This document shows positions 9,339 through 18,384 of a DNA stretch of 32,000 nucleotides, piece by piece. Source of the stretch: Microbacterium phage Bustleton; sequence record MK814762.1; one strand, given 5' to 3'. The translations under genes and the position numbers were made by a program. Position 1 is the stretch's first letter, and each line of letters opens with the position of its first letter. Below the pieces are notes generated by a model. It did no database searches. It was not told where the DNA came from and was given only the letters and a program-made list of their open reading frames with translations.

Positions 9339-11468
9339 ATGGGACACCGGGTGACTCTCTGGCACGCGTCGAACACCGTGCGCACGGCTGGCGTCTTGGA
9401 CCGCTACGGCGACATGATCGACGACGTGTTCCTGGTGGCCTACGAGCTGCGCACGACTGGCCTTGTCAACCTCAACATCCAGAACACTGTCGAGGCTGCG
9501 CGGGCCAAGTGGCCCCGGATCCGCTGGTGGCTGACCATCCAGTGCTTCTCCAGTGCAGCCTGGAAGATGCTGGCCACCGATGCCACGTTCCGGGCCAACA
9601 TCCTCAGCCAGATGGAGGCCATCTACGCGGCCTACCCCTGGCTCTACGGCATCGACCTGGACGCGGAGGGCTTCGGCAGCAACATGACCGTGTCGGAGGC
9701 GATGGCAGGCTACCAGACCCTCGGTGACCACGCGCGCTCCCACGGGAAGAAGGTCTGCGCGGCCTTGCCTGCTGCCACCGAGGGCAACTTCAGCGTCGGC
9801 GGTGAGAACTGGCTCGACTACGCGCTCTTCGGTGCGTACTTTGACCATGTGGCCATCATGACCTACGACTTCGCCTGGTCGGGTAGCGCCCCTGGCCCCA
9901 TCGCCCCCCGCTTCTGGATCCAGAACGTATACGACTGGACGGTGAGCCAGATCCCGCCCGAGAAGGTGCTCATGGGGGTGCCTGCCTACGGGCAGAACTG
10001 GCAGATCAACGAGCCGGTGGAAGACCTGCCTGGCTATCCGGGCTGGCCGTACCGGGGCAACTCCGGAGCCTACTATTGGTTCTGGTACATGGCGACCGGC
10101 GAGTGGGGGTCACGCTCGGGAGACGATGGCCCGGTGTGGCAGCAGCCCCGAGCGAGCTGGATGGTCTACCGGGACATCGAGACGAACAGCCCCTTCACCC
10201 TGATCGGCTGCTACTGGTGGGCCACGGCGTCGCACGTGACCGGCAGCAGCGGCATGACAGCGACTTCGTACAACGGCAAGCCCTACCTCACGCGCTACGG
10301 TCGGGCAGCAGCCGAGACCGTTGGCGAGCTGGCAGACCAGCGCGTGACGACCCAGTACATGCAGCACGACGTTCGTCCCATGCAGATCGTGGACTCGAAC
10401 GGCAACTGGCATAACCAGGACATCCACAACCTGACGCTCGAGGTCCTGCAGCGCGACCCCCAGTCGGCCACCATCATGGACGACGACTGCGCCAACACGG
10501 GGGCGCTCGACATCTACTACACTCGCACCGGAGCGGCCTGGACGCACTGGCGTCGTGGCGACCCCGTCATGAACCCGCGCACCTACGGTCAGTATCGTGT
10601 GGCCGGTGCTGGCAAGCTGTCGCTCACGAACCTGGATGGCGGGCACGAGTCCCACGTACAGGGTCGCCTCCAGCTCCCCGCTGCTGGCCGTGCAGGCGTC
10701 TTCCATGGCAGCTTCGAGGCCACGGTCGACCAGGCTGGGGTCGTGCGGCTCAGCCGCAACGGGACTGTCCTGGCCACATACAACGGGAGCGCCCCCGGCA
10801 CCAGCACCGTCCCCGGACAGGGCCAGGCGGTCATCGGGCTGCGCGTTCGGGGGAACCGGGCAAGGGTCTACTACAGCCGGACCGAGAACAGTGTGCCGCT
10901 GCGCATTGACTACACCGACCCCAGCTACACCCCCGGTCCTCAGGGCATGGTGTCCCTGTCTGGGGCAGCGTGGTTCGATCACGTGCGCTGGGGAGACGCC
11001 TGGTGGTATAACCCTCGCGAGGCGGTGGACGTGCAGATCAGCGGCTTCACCTTCCCGAACGTGGGGCGCGTGCCCCGCACGAACGTGACCTGGGACAGCT
11101 TCAATCGGTTCCGGCCGAACACCGACGTGGAGGAGCGCGAGACGCGCACCAAGTCCATCTCGGCTGACTGGGAGTACATCCATCTCAAGGGTGTGGGCAT
11201 CCCGGCAGGCCAGACCCGTCAGGTCCGCATCATACCACGTGACATCGAGTGCTGGATTGCGACGGCGTACTTGTGCGACCCTCGTGGCACCGCGCTCTGT
11301 CACTACTCCGACGCCGAGTACATGGCCTACAGCCGTGACCTGGCCGACTCCGAATGGGGTCTGGCTGGCATCGCTGTCTGGCGCTTGGGGCAGGAGGACA
11401 CAAGATTCTGGGAACGAGTGAAGGGCGGAAGGCTCGACCCGGATAACAGGATTGACATCCTGGCATAA
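9339..11468 (+). CDS. tail-associated glycoside hydrolase family 18-like protein with C-terminal beta-rich domain
   Basis: 709 aa; GH18-like catalytic motif 'YGIDLDAEG' (DxDxE) and 'HVAIMTYDFAW'; position in the tail module. Confidence 0.75.
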   Translation: MGHRVTLWHASNTVRTAGVLDRYGDMIDDVFLVAYELRTTGLVNLNIQNTVEAARAKWPRIRWWLTIQCFSSAAWKMLATDATFRANILSQMEAIYAAYPWLYGIDLDAEGFGSNMTVSEAMAGYQTLGDHARSHGKKVCAALPAATEGNFSVGGENWLDYALFGAYFDHVAIMTYDFAWSGSAPGPIAPRFWIQNVYDWTVSQIPPEKVLMGVPAYGQNWQINEPVEDLPGYPGWPYRGNSGAYYWFWYMATGEWGSRSGDDGPVWQQPRASWMVYRDIETNSPFTLIGCYWWATASHVTGSSGMTATSYNGKPYLTRYGRAAAETVGELADQRVTTQYMQHDVRPMQIVDSNGNWHNQDIHNLTLEVLQRDPQSATIMDDDCANTGALDIYYTRTGAAWTHWRRGDPVMNPRTYGQYRVAGAGKLSLTNLDGGHESHVQGRLQLPAAGRAGVFHGSFEATVDQAGVVRLSRNGTVLATYNGSAPGTSTVPGQGQAVIGLRVRGNRARVYYSRTENSVPLRIDYTDPSYTPGPQGMVSLSGAAWFDHVRWGDAWWYNPREAVDVQISGFTFPNVGRVPRTNVTWDSFNRFRPNTDVEERETRTKSISADWEYIHLKGVGIPAGQTRQVRIIPRDIECWIATAYLCDPRGTALCHYSDAEYMAYSRDLADSEWGLAGIAVWRLGQEDTRFWERVKGGRLDPDNRIDILA

Positions 11469-11495
11469 CATCCGCCATAACCGAAGGAGAATGCA

Positions 11496-12500
11496 ATGGC
11501 CAAGTTCAGCAGCCTGATTACCGGCACCACGCCGGATCACGGCAAGAACCGGGGCAGCGACCCCAACAAGAAGCGCATCATCGTCCACCACTGGGCGGGC
11601 ACGTCCGGCGGCGACACCGCGCTGATGAAGCCCAAGGGCCAGAACAGCCGGGGCGACGTGTCGGCCTCGTACATCCTGTACAGCGACGGTCGCCTGATCG
11701 GCCAGGTCTCGGAGGAGTACTCCCCTTGGACCACCGGCTCGGCTGACTGGGGTTCGGTTACGGTCGAGACCCAGAACGCGGCGAACGGGGGCAACTGGCC
11801 CATCGACGCACGGGCGAAGGAGAAGCTGGCTCAGCTCATGGCGGACCTCAGCGACCGCTACGGCTGGGGCGAGCTGAAGCTCGGTACGAACGTTCGCTAT
11901 CACGGCGAGTTCTACGCCACGGCATGCCCTGGCCCTGACATGATCGCCAGCCTGCCCAGCATCGTCGCACGCGCGAACCAGATCCGCAAGGGCGGGGGCG
12001 GCAGCCAGCCGTCCACCGGGGGCACGTACACCGTCGCCAAGGGCGACACGCTCAGCGGCATTGCCAGCAAGTACGGCACGACCTGGCAGGAGCTCCAGCG
12101 GCTCAACGGCCTGGCCGACCCGAACAAGATCTTCCCCGGCCAGAAGATCAAGGTGCCCTCGGGAGGTGGCAGCACCGGGGGCGGCACCGCCACGCCTTCC
12201 CAGTCCCTCGCTGATGTGGCCAAGGCCGTCATCCGTGGCGACTACGGCAACGGGCAGGACCGCGTCAACCGGCTGCGGGCTGCTGGCTACGACCCGGCGG
12301 AAGTGCAGCAGGAGGTCAACCGCCAGCTCTACGGGGGCGGCAGCAAGACCCCTGTCGAGTCCAACACGGATGCGATCGCACGTCAGGTCATCCGCGGTGA
12401 CTGGGGCAACGACCCCCAGCGCAAGCAGAAGCTGACTGCGGCAGGGTACGACTACGCTGCCATCCAGCGCCGGGTCAACGAGATCCTCGCGGGCAAGTAA
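11496..12500 (+). CDS. endolysin: N-acetylmuramoyl-L-alanine amidase + LysM + 2x CW_7 repeats
   Basis: N-terminal '[10 protein letters not shown]...' Amidase_2/PGRP-like; LysM '[44 protein letters not shown]'; two CW_7-like repeats '[38 protein letters not shown]' and '[38 protein letters not shown]'. Confidence 0.88.
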   Translation: MAKFSSLITGTTPDHGKNRGSDPNKKRIIVHHWAGTSGGDTALMKPKGQNSRGDVSASYILYSDGRLIGQVSEEYSPWTTGSADWGSVTVETQNAANGGNWPIDARAKEKLAQLMADLSDRYGWGELKLGTNVRYHGEFYATACPGPDMIASLPSIVARANQIRKGGGGSQPSTGGTYTVAKGDTLSGIASKYGTTWQELQRLNGLADPNKIFPGQKIKVPSGGGSTGGGTATPSQSLADVAKAVIRGDYGNGQDRVNRLRAAGYDPAEVQQEVNRQLYGGGSKTPVESNTDAIARQVIRGDWGNDPQRKQKLTAAGYDYAAIQRRVNEILAGK

Positions 12501-12519
12501 CCACCGGAAGGAACGCCGT

Positions 12520-12906
12520 ATGCTGGAAGTCATCGAGCGCATCCTCGGCGCTCTCATGCCGCTCATGGTGGCTGCCACGACTGCCTACGGGGCTGTCCTG
12601 GTGGCCAAGGTGAACAAGATCAAGAAGGAAGCTACGGAGACCAATGTCAAGGTCGCCCAGGTCCAGGCTGATATCGTCACCAACCACGGCAGCAAGAACC
12701 TGGGGGATGCCATCGACCGACTGACCACCAAGGTCGGATGCATATCCGATAACCAGGATGAGCTCATCGCAACGGTGAAGGGCATGCAGGCAAGGGACGC
12801 GGCGCTGGAAGCCCGCATGAGCGCCGTGGAGCAGCGCCGTGTCCCCCACTCCTCGCACACCCCTACCGGGCCTATCTCCCTCCGATTCAAGAGAAAGAAG
12901 AAATAA
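12520..12906 (+). CDS. membrane protein, holin-like / lysis accessory
   Basis: N-terminal hydrophobic helix (LMPLMVAATTAYGAVLVA) followed by a coiled-coil region; downstream of the endolysin. Confidence 0.55.
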   Translation: MLEVIERILGALMPLMVAATTAYGAVLVAKVNKIKKEATETNVKVAQVQADIVTNHGSKNLGDAIDRLTTKVGCISDNQDELIATVKGMQARDAALEARMSAVEQRRVPHSSHTPTGPISLRFKRKKK

Positions 12907-13199
12907 TGGACACCATCACCACTCTGGCCACCGTCCCGGCGGTCATCGCCCTGGTCACCCTCATCAAGGACCTGGGCCTCCCCGCCAAGTTCGCACCCCT
13001 GGCGGCTGTCGTGCTCGGTGTGGCCCTGTCGGTCCTGGCGGCGCTGTCGCTGGGCACCGTGGCCAACTGGTACGAGACCGTCAGCCTGGGGGTCATCCTC
13101 GGCCTGAGCGCTGCTGGTCTGTACGACGGCGCTCGTGCCATCGGCGGCAGCAAGGCCGAGGTCGTGGTCGTGCAGGAAGACCCCAGCACCAAGCCCTGA
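12906..13199 (+). CDS. holin-like membrane protein
   Basis: 97 aa; several hydrophobic helices; last gene of the late operon. Confidence 0.65.
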   Translation: MDTITTLATVPAVIALVTLIKDLGLPAKFAPLAAVVLGVALSVLAALSLGTVANWYETVSLGVILGLSAAGLYDGARAIGGSKAEVVVVQEDPSTKP

Positions 13200-13212
13200 C
13201 CCCTTTCACCTC

Positions 13213-13245
13213 GAGACGCCCCCGGCCACAAGCTAGGGGCGTCTC
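13213..13245. terminator. bidirectional terminator-like hairpin
   Basis: GAGACGCCCC (13213-13222) / GGGGCGTCTC (13236-13245), 10-bp perfect inverted repeat with 13-nt loop between convergent gene blocks. Confidence 0.75.
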
Positions 13246-13256
13246 TTGGCGTGCAG

Positions 13257-13439
13257 TTAGAGCACGGGGAAGCGCTGGCCGAGCGGCACCACGGCGACGC
13301 CCAGGTCGGTCTCCAGGCGACCGCGCTGGTGGTCCACGCGCCGGATGCGGATGACCCGCGCCTGGTTGCCCTCGGGGTCAATGATGACCTGCCCGTGCTG
13401 GAGGTCCTCTGCCTTGACCTGCTTCAGTGCCTTGTCCAT
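13257..13439 (-). CDS. hypothetical protein
   Basis: MDKALKQVKAEDL...; GAAGGAG RBS upstream of ATG at 13439. Confidence 0.55.
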   Translation of the reverse strand: MDKALKQVKAEDLQHGQVIIDPEGNQARVIRIRRVDHQRGRLETDLGVAVVPLGQRFPVL

Positions 13440-13450
13440 GTTGTTCTCCT

Positions 13451-13645
13451 TCACTTGCTGGCGTAGTAGGCGCGGATCTTGTCCGCGACCTGGGGTCGGT
13501 TGATCTTCATCTCGAGGGCGTCGATCAGGAAGTTGACGTCGCCGCCTTCAACCAGCGCGTCAACCAGGTCGCTGAGTGCATCCTGGTATCCCGCCTGGTA
13601 GGCGCGAGCCTGAGTGTGAACGTTGAGGTTTACCTTGTGCGACAT
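13451..13645 (-). CDS. hypothetical protein (predicted leaderless)
   Basis: 64 aa; ATG lies 6 nt downstream of a predicted -10. Confidence 0.6.
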   Translation of the reverse strand: MSHKVNLNVHTQARAYQAGYQDALSDLVDALVEGGDVNFLIDALEMKINRPQVADKIRAYYASK

Positions 13646-13651
13646 GTGATC

Positions 13652-13681
13652 AGCATACCCTCAACTTCTCAGTTGATCCAA
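13652..13681 (-). promoter_or_regulatory. predicted promoter TTGGAT-N18-TATGCT, 6 nt before ATG 13645
   Basis: -35 at 13676-13681, -10 at 13652-13657 (minus strand). Confidence 0.7.
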
Positions 13682-14562
13682 GAACCCTTGGTGGGGCGGC
13701 TGCCGAAGGCGAAGCTGGGGTCGTCCTGGCTGGCCTCCAGTGTGGCCGTGAACGTGATGCGGCGACCCTTGACGCCGGTGTAGCGACCGTCTTCGGTGCC
13801 CAGGAACCAGCAGGAGGAGCCGAAGTCGTAGATCGTGCTGCCGTCGGCCTGGATCTGCTCAAGGAAGGTGTCGAAGGCTTCCTCGCCCTGGGCCTTGGGG
13901 ATGGACACGTAGACTCGGAAGCCCCGGTCGTCCTGGACGGTGATCTTGTTCTGCACGCCGTAGTCGTTCTCCCGAACCTTGGCGGAGAGGATGGTGCCGG
14001 TCACCTGCACACGGCCAGCCGGGGCGGGGGTGCTGGTGGCCTGCTGCTGGCTGCGCTTGTCGGCGATGGTCTGCAGAGCGGCGATCTGGCGCTCGGTGTA
14101 CTGGCGCTCGTCGTACCCCCAGAGCATGTCTGCCAGCTTGGCCACGAAGCTGTCGCGCTCGGTGTAGGTGTACTCCCCACCCTCGGCGACCTGCACGTTG
14201 GCAGCCTTGCTGACCAGCGCCCAGACGTCGGGGTGTGCCGCTGCCAGCGCGTCCAACGCGGCCTGACGCTTGGCCAGCTTGGCGAGGCGCTCCTGCTCAC
14301 GCTTGGCCTCACGACGGGCTGCTCGGCGGGCCTTGGCCTCGCACCACGCCTTCGCTTCGGCTTCGTTGGCGAAGATGTCACCGAGACGGTACTCGAAGAC
14401 GTTGTGGCAGGCGTAGCAGATGCTGTCGTAGCCGTTGAACGAGTAGTGGCCCGTGCCCCCGCACCGACGGCAGCCCTTAGCGAAGATGCCGTTGGACGAG
14501 ACGTAGAAGTAGCCAGCGTGCTCGTGAGAAGTGATGGTGTGGAACGGGGCGGTGTTGTTCAT
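13669..14562 (-). CDS. hypothetical protein with zinc-ribbon-like CxxC pairs
   Basis: MNNTAPFHTIT...; CRRCGGTGHYSFNGYDSICYAC; ATG 14562 fits the promoter position better than the track start. Confidence 0.65.
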   Translation of the reverse strand: MNNTAPFHTITSHEHAGYFYVSSNGIFAKGCRRCGGTGHYSFNGYDSICYACHNVFEYRLGDIFANEAEAKAWCEAKARRAARREAKREQERLAKLAKRQAALDALAAAHPDVWALVSKAANVQVAEGGEYTYTERDSFVAKLADMLWGYDERQYTERQIAALQTIADKRSQQQATSTPAPAGRVQVTGTILSAKVRENDYGVQNKITVQDDRGFRVYVSIPKAQGEEAFDTFLEQIQADGSTIYDFGSSCWFLGTEDGRYTGVKGRRITFTATLEASQDDPSFAFGSRPTKGSWIN

Positions 14563-14568
14563 GTGACT

Positions 14569-14598
14569 AGTGTGCCACAAGTTTGAGGATAGGTCCAA
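14569..14598 (-). promoter_or_regulatory. predicted promoter TTGGAC-N18-CACACT, 6 nt before ATG 14562
   Basis: Shares GTCTTGGAC, TCCTCAA and TAGTCACATGAACAA with the promoter at 29207-29235; the -10 is weak. Confidence 0.5.
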
Positions 14599-14601
14599 GA
14601 C

Positions 14602-14877
14602 CTAGTTCCAGCCGCGCCCCAGGACCTCGAAGAAGAACGCCAGCCCGTAGAGGCTGCCCTTGATGACGTCGTCACCGTAGATGCCCCACCAGACCAGGAA
14701 GCACACGGCGATGACCACCAGGGCCACGGCCACAAGGATGGGGATCCACACGAGGACCGCCAGCACCTTGTCCCAGAAGGTCGGCTGCGGTCCACGGAGC
14801 TCTTCCAGCTCAGCCTCGGTGAAGGTGAGCAGGTCGTCGAAGCTGGTCACGGGGCGGGGGTCGATTTCGGTCTTCAT
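14602..14877 (-). CDS. small membrane protein
   Basis: 91 aa with one or two hydrophobic helices; AGGAGG RBS. Confidence 0.6.
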   Translation of the reverse strand: MKTEIDPRPVTSFDDLLTFTEAELEELRGPQPTFWDKVLAVLVWIPILVAVALVVIAVCFLVWWGIYGDDVIKGSLYGLAFFFEVLGRGWN

Positions 14878-16541
14878 GATTCCTCCTGGGGTGTCTCCTT
14901 GATAACCTTGAGCGCCTTGTTCAAGTAATGCTGATTGTACCCCATCTTCGTCTGGACCGCAAGACGGAGGAAGTCAGGGAAGTCCTCTTCCGGGCTTGCC
15001 AGTGACAGGATGAAGTCGGCCCAGCCGTGCAGCGCGGTCGACCCCAGGATGGTCTCCTGCACGGTCTCGCCCTTCTCGAACTGGCGCTTGCGAGTGTGGT
15101 GGATGAACATGATCGCGCACCCCGTTGTCTGGGCGATGCGCTTCAGTGGCTTCAGGACCGAGTACATCTCCTTGGAGTCGCTGACGTTGGCCTTGCCGAT
15201 GGCCATGCTGAGAGTGTCAATGACCACCAGCCGGAGCTCGTACTTGAGGATCGTCTCCAGGAGGCGCTGCTGGTCTTCAGGCGTGCTGAGGTCGGCCTCG
15301 TTGAACATGGTGTACAGGGGCATCGGCTGGGGCGGCTCCCAGGACATGTCGGGCTTGATGTGGCCGTCCCAGTGGTACTGGAACCGACCCTTGTCCCGGT
15401 TGAGAGATGTGTTCAGGCGGGTCGCGAACAGGTAGTCGCCGTCCTCCAGGGACAGGAAGCCCACGGGCTGCGGCTTCCGCGTGCTGACGCCGAGAGGCTT
15501 CGTCGCCGTGGCAAGGCCGAGCGTCATCTCAATGGCGATGCGGGTCTTGCCCACCTTGGGCGCTGCCACCAGCAGCCCACAGCCACCAGCCGGGATGAAG
15601 TTAGGCAGGACCCAGTCCATCGGGGTCTTGATCGTAGGCCCGAAGCTGCCCACGGTGCCCATCTCCCAGGGGCCAACCTCCTCGGCCAGATCGCCGTCTA
15701 CGTCGGCGTGTGCCGACTGGTCTGCCTTGCTGGGGGTACTGGTCGGCTGGTCGGCAGGCTGGGCCGCGTAGGCGTTGGCGATGTCTTCCTGCAGCCGCTC
15801 GGGGTCGTCCTTCCACTTGTTCCAGTCGGTAGCCTTCAGCAGCTTGAACGTCAGGCGCTGGTCAAGCCCCAGCTCAGCCGCGTTGCGGGCGAAGCGCCAG
15901 AGAACCTTCGAGCGGTCCCCGTAGGTGTCCTGCGCCCCCAGCTCGCTCGCAAGCCCCGGCGAGAAGCCGAGGCCCTTGGCCACACGAGTGAGAAGCTGGC
16001 CCTTGGTGTACACCGTGCCCGCGCTGCGCAAGATGCGACCCTTGAAGGGCTTGCGCTTGTGATGCCAGGTGCCAGGGACACGAAGAAGCTGGCCGATGTC
16101 GACGCCGGACTTGTCCCCGCCGAGCGCCTGGGTCAGCATGCCCATCAGGCCGTCTCGGTGGTATTCGCTGGCAGGCACGCTCTCACGCATGAGCCAGATC
16201 GCCTGCTTGTGGCCGGGGCTTGTCTCCCAGACGTACGACGGCCGGAGGGCGGTGAGCAGATCATCGTTGAACGACTCATCGCAGTCTACCCAGAGCACGC
16301 GCTGGGCGGGGTACTCCTTGGCCTTGCGGCTGTCGCTGCTGCTGACTGCCGGGGTCCAGTACCAGTCAACCGAGTCACGGAGATCAGGGAGCTGGGGCTT
16401 GCGGGAACCCAACACGGGTCCCTCTCGGAACTTCTGGTTGTCTTTGGAGCCGATGTTCACGATGTGGGGCACCCAGACATTACCATCAATGCCTGAGTGC
16501 CCCCACACCTTGCGGATCAGCTCGAGAGGGTTGCTATCCAC
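14874..16541 (-). CDS. primase-helicase: RepB/AEP-like primase region + RepA-like (AAA_25) ATPase
   Basis: Walker A 'VAAPKVGKTR', Walker B-like 'LRLVVIDTLS', 'MFIHHTRK'; N-terminal 'VLWVDCDE...YVWETSPGHKQAIWLM...GVDIGQLLRVPGTWHHK' resembles RepB-type primases. Confidence 0.75.
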   Translation of the reverse strand: MDSNPLELIRKVWGHSGIDGNVWVPHIVNIGSKDNQKFREGPVLGSRKPQLPDLRDSVDWYWTPAVSSSDSRKAKEYPAQRVLWVDCDESFNDDLLTALRPSYVWETSPGHKQAIWLMRESVPASEYHRDGLMGMLTQALGGDKSGVDIGQLLRVPGTWHHKRKPFKGRILRSAGTVYTKGQLLTRVAKGLGFSPGLASELGAQDTYGDRSKVLWRFARNAAELGLDQRLTFKLLKATDWNKWKDDPERLQEDIANAYAAQPADQPTSTPSKADQSAHADVDGDLAEEVGPWEMGTVGSFGPTIKTPMDWVLPNFIPAGGCGLLVAAPKVGKTRIAIEMTLGLATATKPLGVSTRKPQPVGFLSLEDGDYLFATRLNTSLNRDKGRFQYHWDGHIKPDMSWEPPQPMPLYTMFNEADLSTPEDQQRLLETILKYELRLVVIDTLSMAIGKANVSDSKEMYSVLKPLKRIAQTTGCAIMFIHHTRKRQFEKGETVQETILGSTALHGWADFILSLASPEEDFPDFLRLAVQTKMGYNQHYLNKALKVIKETPQEES

Positions 16542-16810
16542 TCGACTACTTCCTGGGCCTTGGGGTCGTGGCTGACGAACGTGGTGCCGCCAGCCGCGCG
16601 GAACTTCTTGAGGGTGTAGAGCTGAGCCTCGCTGGGCTTCTCCTTGGCGCTGCGCTTGGCTTCAATCGCGAAGAACTGCCCGTGCGCGCACCCGAGGACA
16701 TCGGGGGTCCCCTTCTGCTGAAAGGAACCCCCGTGAGTCCGGATAGCGTACACACCAGGCAGCGCGTTCAACGCCTTGAGCATGCTGCGGACGATACCGG
16801 CCTCGTCCAT
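16517..16810 (-). CDS. VRR-NUC domain nuclease
   Basis: 'GIRTHGG...KGTPDVLGCAHGQFFAIEAKR....PSEAQLYTLKKFRAAGG' pattern (PD...EAK). Confidence 0.85.
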   Translation of the reverse strand: MDEAGIVRSMLKALNALPGVYAIRTHGGSFQQKGTPDVLGCAHGQFFAIEAKRSAKEKPSEAQLYTLKKFRAAGGTTFVSHDPKAQEVVEWIATLSS

Positions 16811-16813
16811 GGG

Positions 16814-17551
16814 TCAGCGGCGCTTGACGGTGCGCTTGGCAGCAGGCGCGGCCTTGCGTGCCGGTGCAGCCTTGGCAGCGGGCTTCTTGGCCGAAGAGCG
16901 GCGACGGGGGGCAGGCTCCGGCTCGGGCTCCTCCTCCTCGTCCTCCTCCTCGTCGTCCTCGTAGTCCTCGTCGTCATCCTCGAGCTCTTCGTCGTCGAGG
17001 TCGTCTTCGTCGAGGTCGTCGTCTTCGTCCTCTTCGTAGTCCTCCTCGTCCTCGTCGTACTCGTCGTCGCCCTCGTCCTCGTACTCCTCGTCGGCCTCAG
17101 CCTCGTCGTCGTACTCCTCCTCGTCGGCGTCCGGCGCGCTGCTGTCGCTGTCCTCGTCGAGGATGTCCAGGCCGTAGGTGCCGTTCACCGTGGAGCGGAG
17201 GTTGCCCTGGTAGGTGTCGTCCTCGACCTCGGCGGCGATGAACTTGCCGACCGGACCGTTGGGGTCGATCATCTGCGCCTTCTTGGGCACCGAGATCCCG
17301 GAAGCGACCAGCAGGTCGCGGAGCTTCCAGAGCTGGTTCTGCTGGAGCTTGCAGTAGTACGGGAACCGGCGCGTCTTCAGCTTGGGGTCCGCCGGAACCA
17401 GCGCGTAGACGAGCATCGCGGTGCCGTCCTGCGCCTCGGTCTCCTGCACGGACTCGACCTTCATCTTGTGGAGGCCCTCGGTGATGTGCTTGGTGTTCCA
17501 GCCCGAGCGCTCTTCGGTCTTGCTGAAGTCAAGACGGATCTTCTTTGCCAT
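16814..17551 (-). CDS. ssDNA-binding-like protein with long acidic tract and basic C-terminal tail
   Basis: 245 aa; folded N-terminus, then about 90 aa Asp/Glu-rich, then KKPAAKAAPARKAAPAAKRTVKRR; lies between nuclease and RecA-like genes. Confidence 0.5.
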   Translation of the reverse strand: MAKKIRLDFSKTEERSGWNTKHITEGLHKMKVESVQETEAQDGTAMLVYALVPADPKLKTRRFPYYCKLQQNQLWKLRDLLVASGISVPKKAQMIDPNGPVGKFIAAEVEDDTYQGNLRSTVNGTYGLDILDEDSDSSAPDADEEEYDDEAEADEEYEDEGDDEYDEDEEDYEEDEDDDLDEDDLDDEELEDDDEDYEDDEEEDEEEEPEPEPAPRRRSSAKKPAAKAAPARKAAPAAKRTVKRR

Positions 17552-17581
17552 GATGTGCTTCCTTTTCTTGGGGTATCTCGA

Positions 17582-18247
17582 CTAGCGGGTCCAGCCGAGA
17601 AGCTGGTTGAGCCGCCCGATGCTGGGCGACTTGAGATAGGGAGGGGTGCCCTGGTACACCTTACTACGGGCACCGGCCACAATGCTGGAGGACGGGCCGA
17701 GCCAGAGGCGGCGAACAGGCTTGCCGTTCACGTGGGCGATGTACAGGCGACCGATCACGTCGGACATCTGCAGCAGGGCCGAAGCGGCACCGGGGGACAG
17801 GTCCACGGTCGTCATGACGCCGGTGTCCTCGTCCACATCGTCACTGCCCCACTCCTCGTTCGGCAGGATGAGCTTCTCCTGCGCAAGCACGATGACTTCC
17901 TTCTTCTCGTCACGGAGCGTGCGGAGCAGCGTGGCGAGGCCGTTGTTGGCTGCGCCGTAGTGCGCCTGGCTGGCAGGCTTGCCCCCGGCAGCTTCCGCCA
18001 GCATGATCGCATGGAGCGATGTGGCCGTGTCGACGACGAACCGCTGGTGCTTGCTCAGCCAGGAGCCGTTCATCAGCTTGTTCAGGTTGCGAGTGCTCAG
18101 GTCCTCTTCCACGGTGAACCCCGTGGTGTCCAGGCCGATGAGACCCTGGTCGGCCGACAGGATGGCCGTCTTGCCCTTGGGGGCATCCTTGAGGGCGAGC
18201 GTGGTCTTGCCGACCTTGGGCCTGCCGTAGATGGTCTTGACGCTCAT
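17582..18247 (-). CDS. RecA/RAD55-like AAA ATPase
   Basis: Start MSVKTIYGRPKVGKTTLAL (Walker A); GAGGAAGGA RBS; ATG 18247 rather than the track start. Confidence 0.75.
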   Translation of the reverse strand: MSVKTIYGRPKVGKTTLALKDAPKGKTAILSADQGLIGLDTTGFTVEEDLSTRNLNKLMNGSWLSKHQRFVVDTATSLHAIMLAEAAGGKPASQAHYGAANNGLATLLRTLRDEKKEVIVLAQEKLILPNEEWGSDDVDEDTGVMTTVDLSPGAASALLQMSDVIGRLYIAHVNGKPVRRLWLGPSSSIVAGARSKVYQGTPPYLKSPSIGRLNQLLGWTR

Positions 18248-18384
18248 GCTGCCAGTCCTTCCTCTCGTGACGTGTGCCACCAGGTGACCGACAGCGGGCC
18301 GACCTCGGGAGCCAGCGTGACGACGCACGCTTCCCCCTTGCCAGCTCCGCAGTAGGAGCACTCGGTGTCGAACGGCTTCTTCAC
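18244..18384 (-). CDS. 46-aa putative zinc-binding protein (GTG start)
   Basis: VKKPFDTECSYCGAGKGEACVVTLAPEVGPLSVTWWHTSREEGLAA; GTGA overlap upstream and ATGA overlap downstream; GAAGAAGGG RBS. Not in the supplied track. Confidence 0.65.
   Translation of the reverse strand: MKKPFDTECSYCGAGKGEACVVTLAPEVGPLSVTWWHTSREEGLAA

Noticed and set aside
10110-12578. 822-aa minus-strand ORF
   Set aside because: Antisense to the GH18 tail gene and the amidase gene, which both have recognisable domains.
16860-17170. GAC/GTC-rich tandem-like DNA as a possible repeat array or CRISPR
   Set aside because: It is codon-level Asp/Glu repetition in one protein; no regular repeat-spacer structure. No CRISPR array was seen anywhere.
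16568-18355. 595-aa plus-strand ORF with V/L/F-rich low-complexity tract
   Set aside because: Mirror of the acidic tract and of well-supported minus-strand genes; no independent support.
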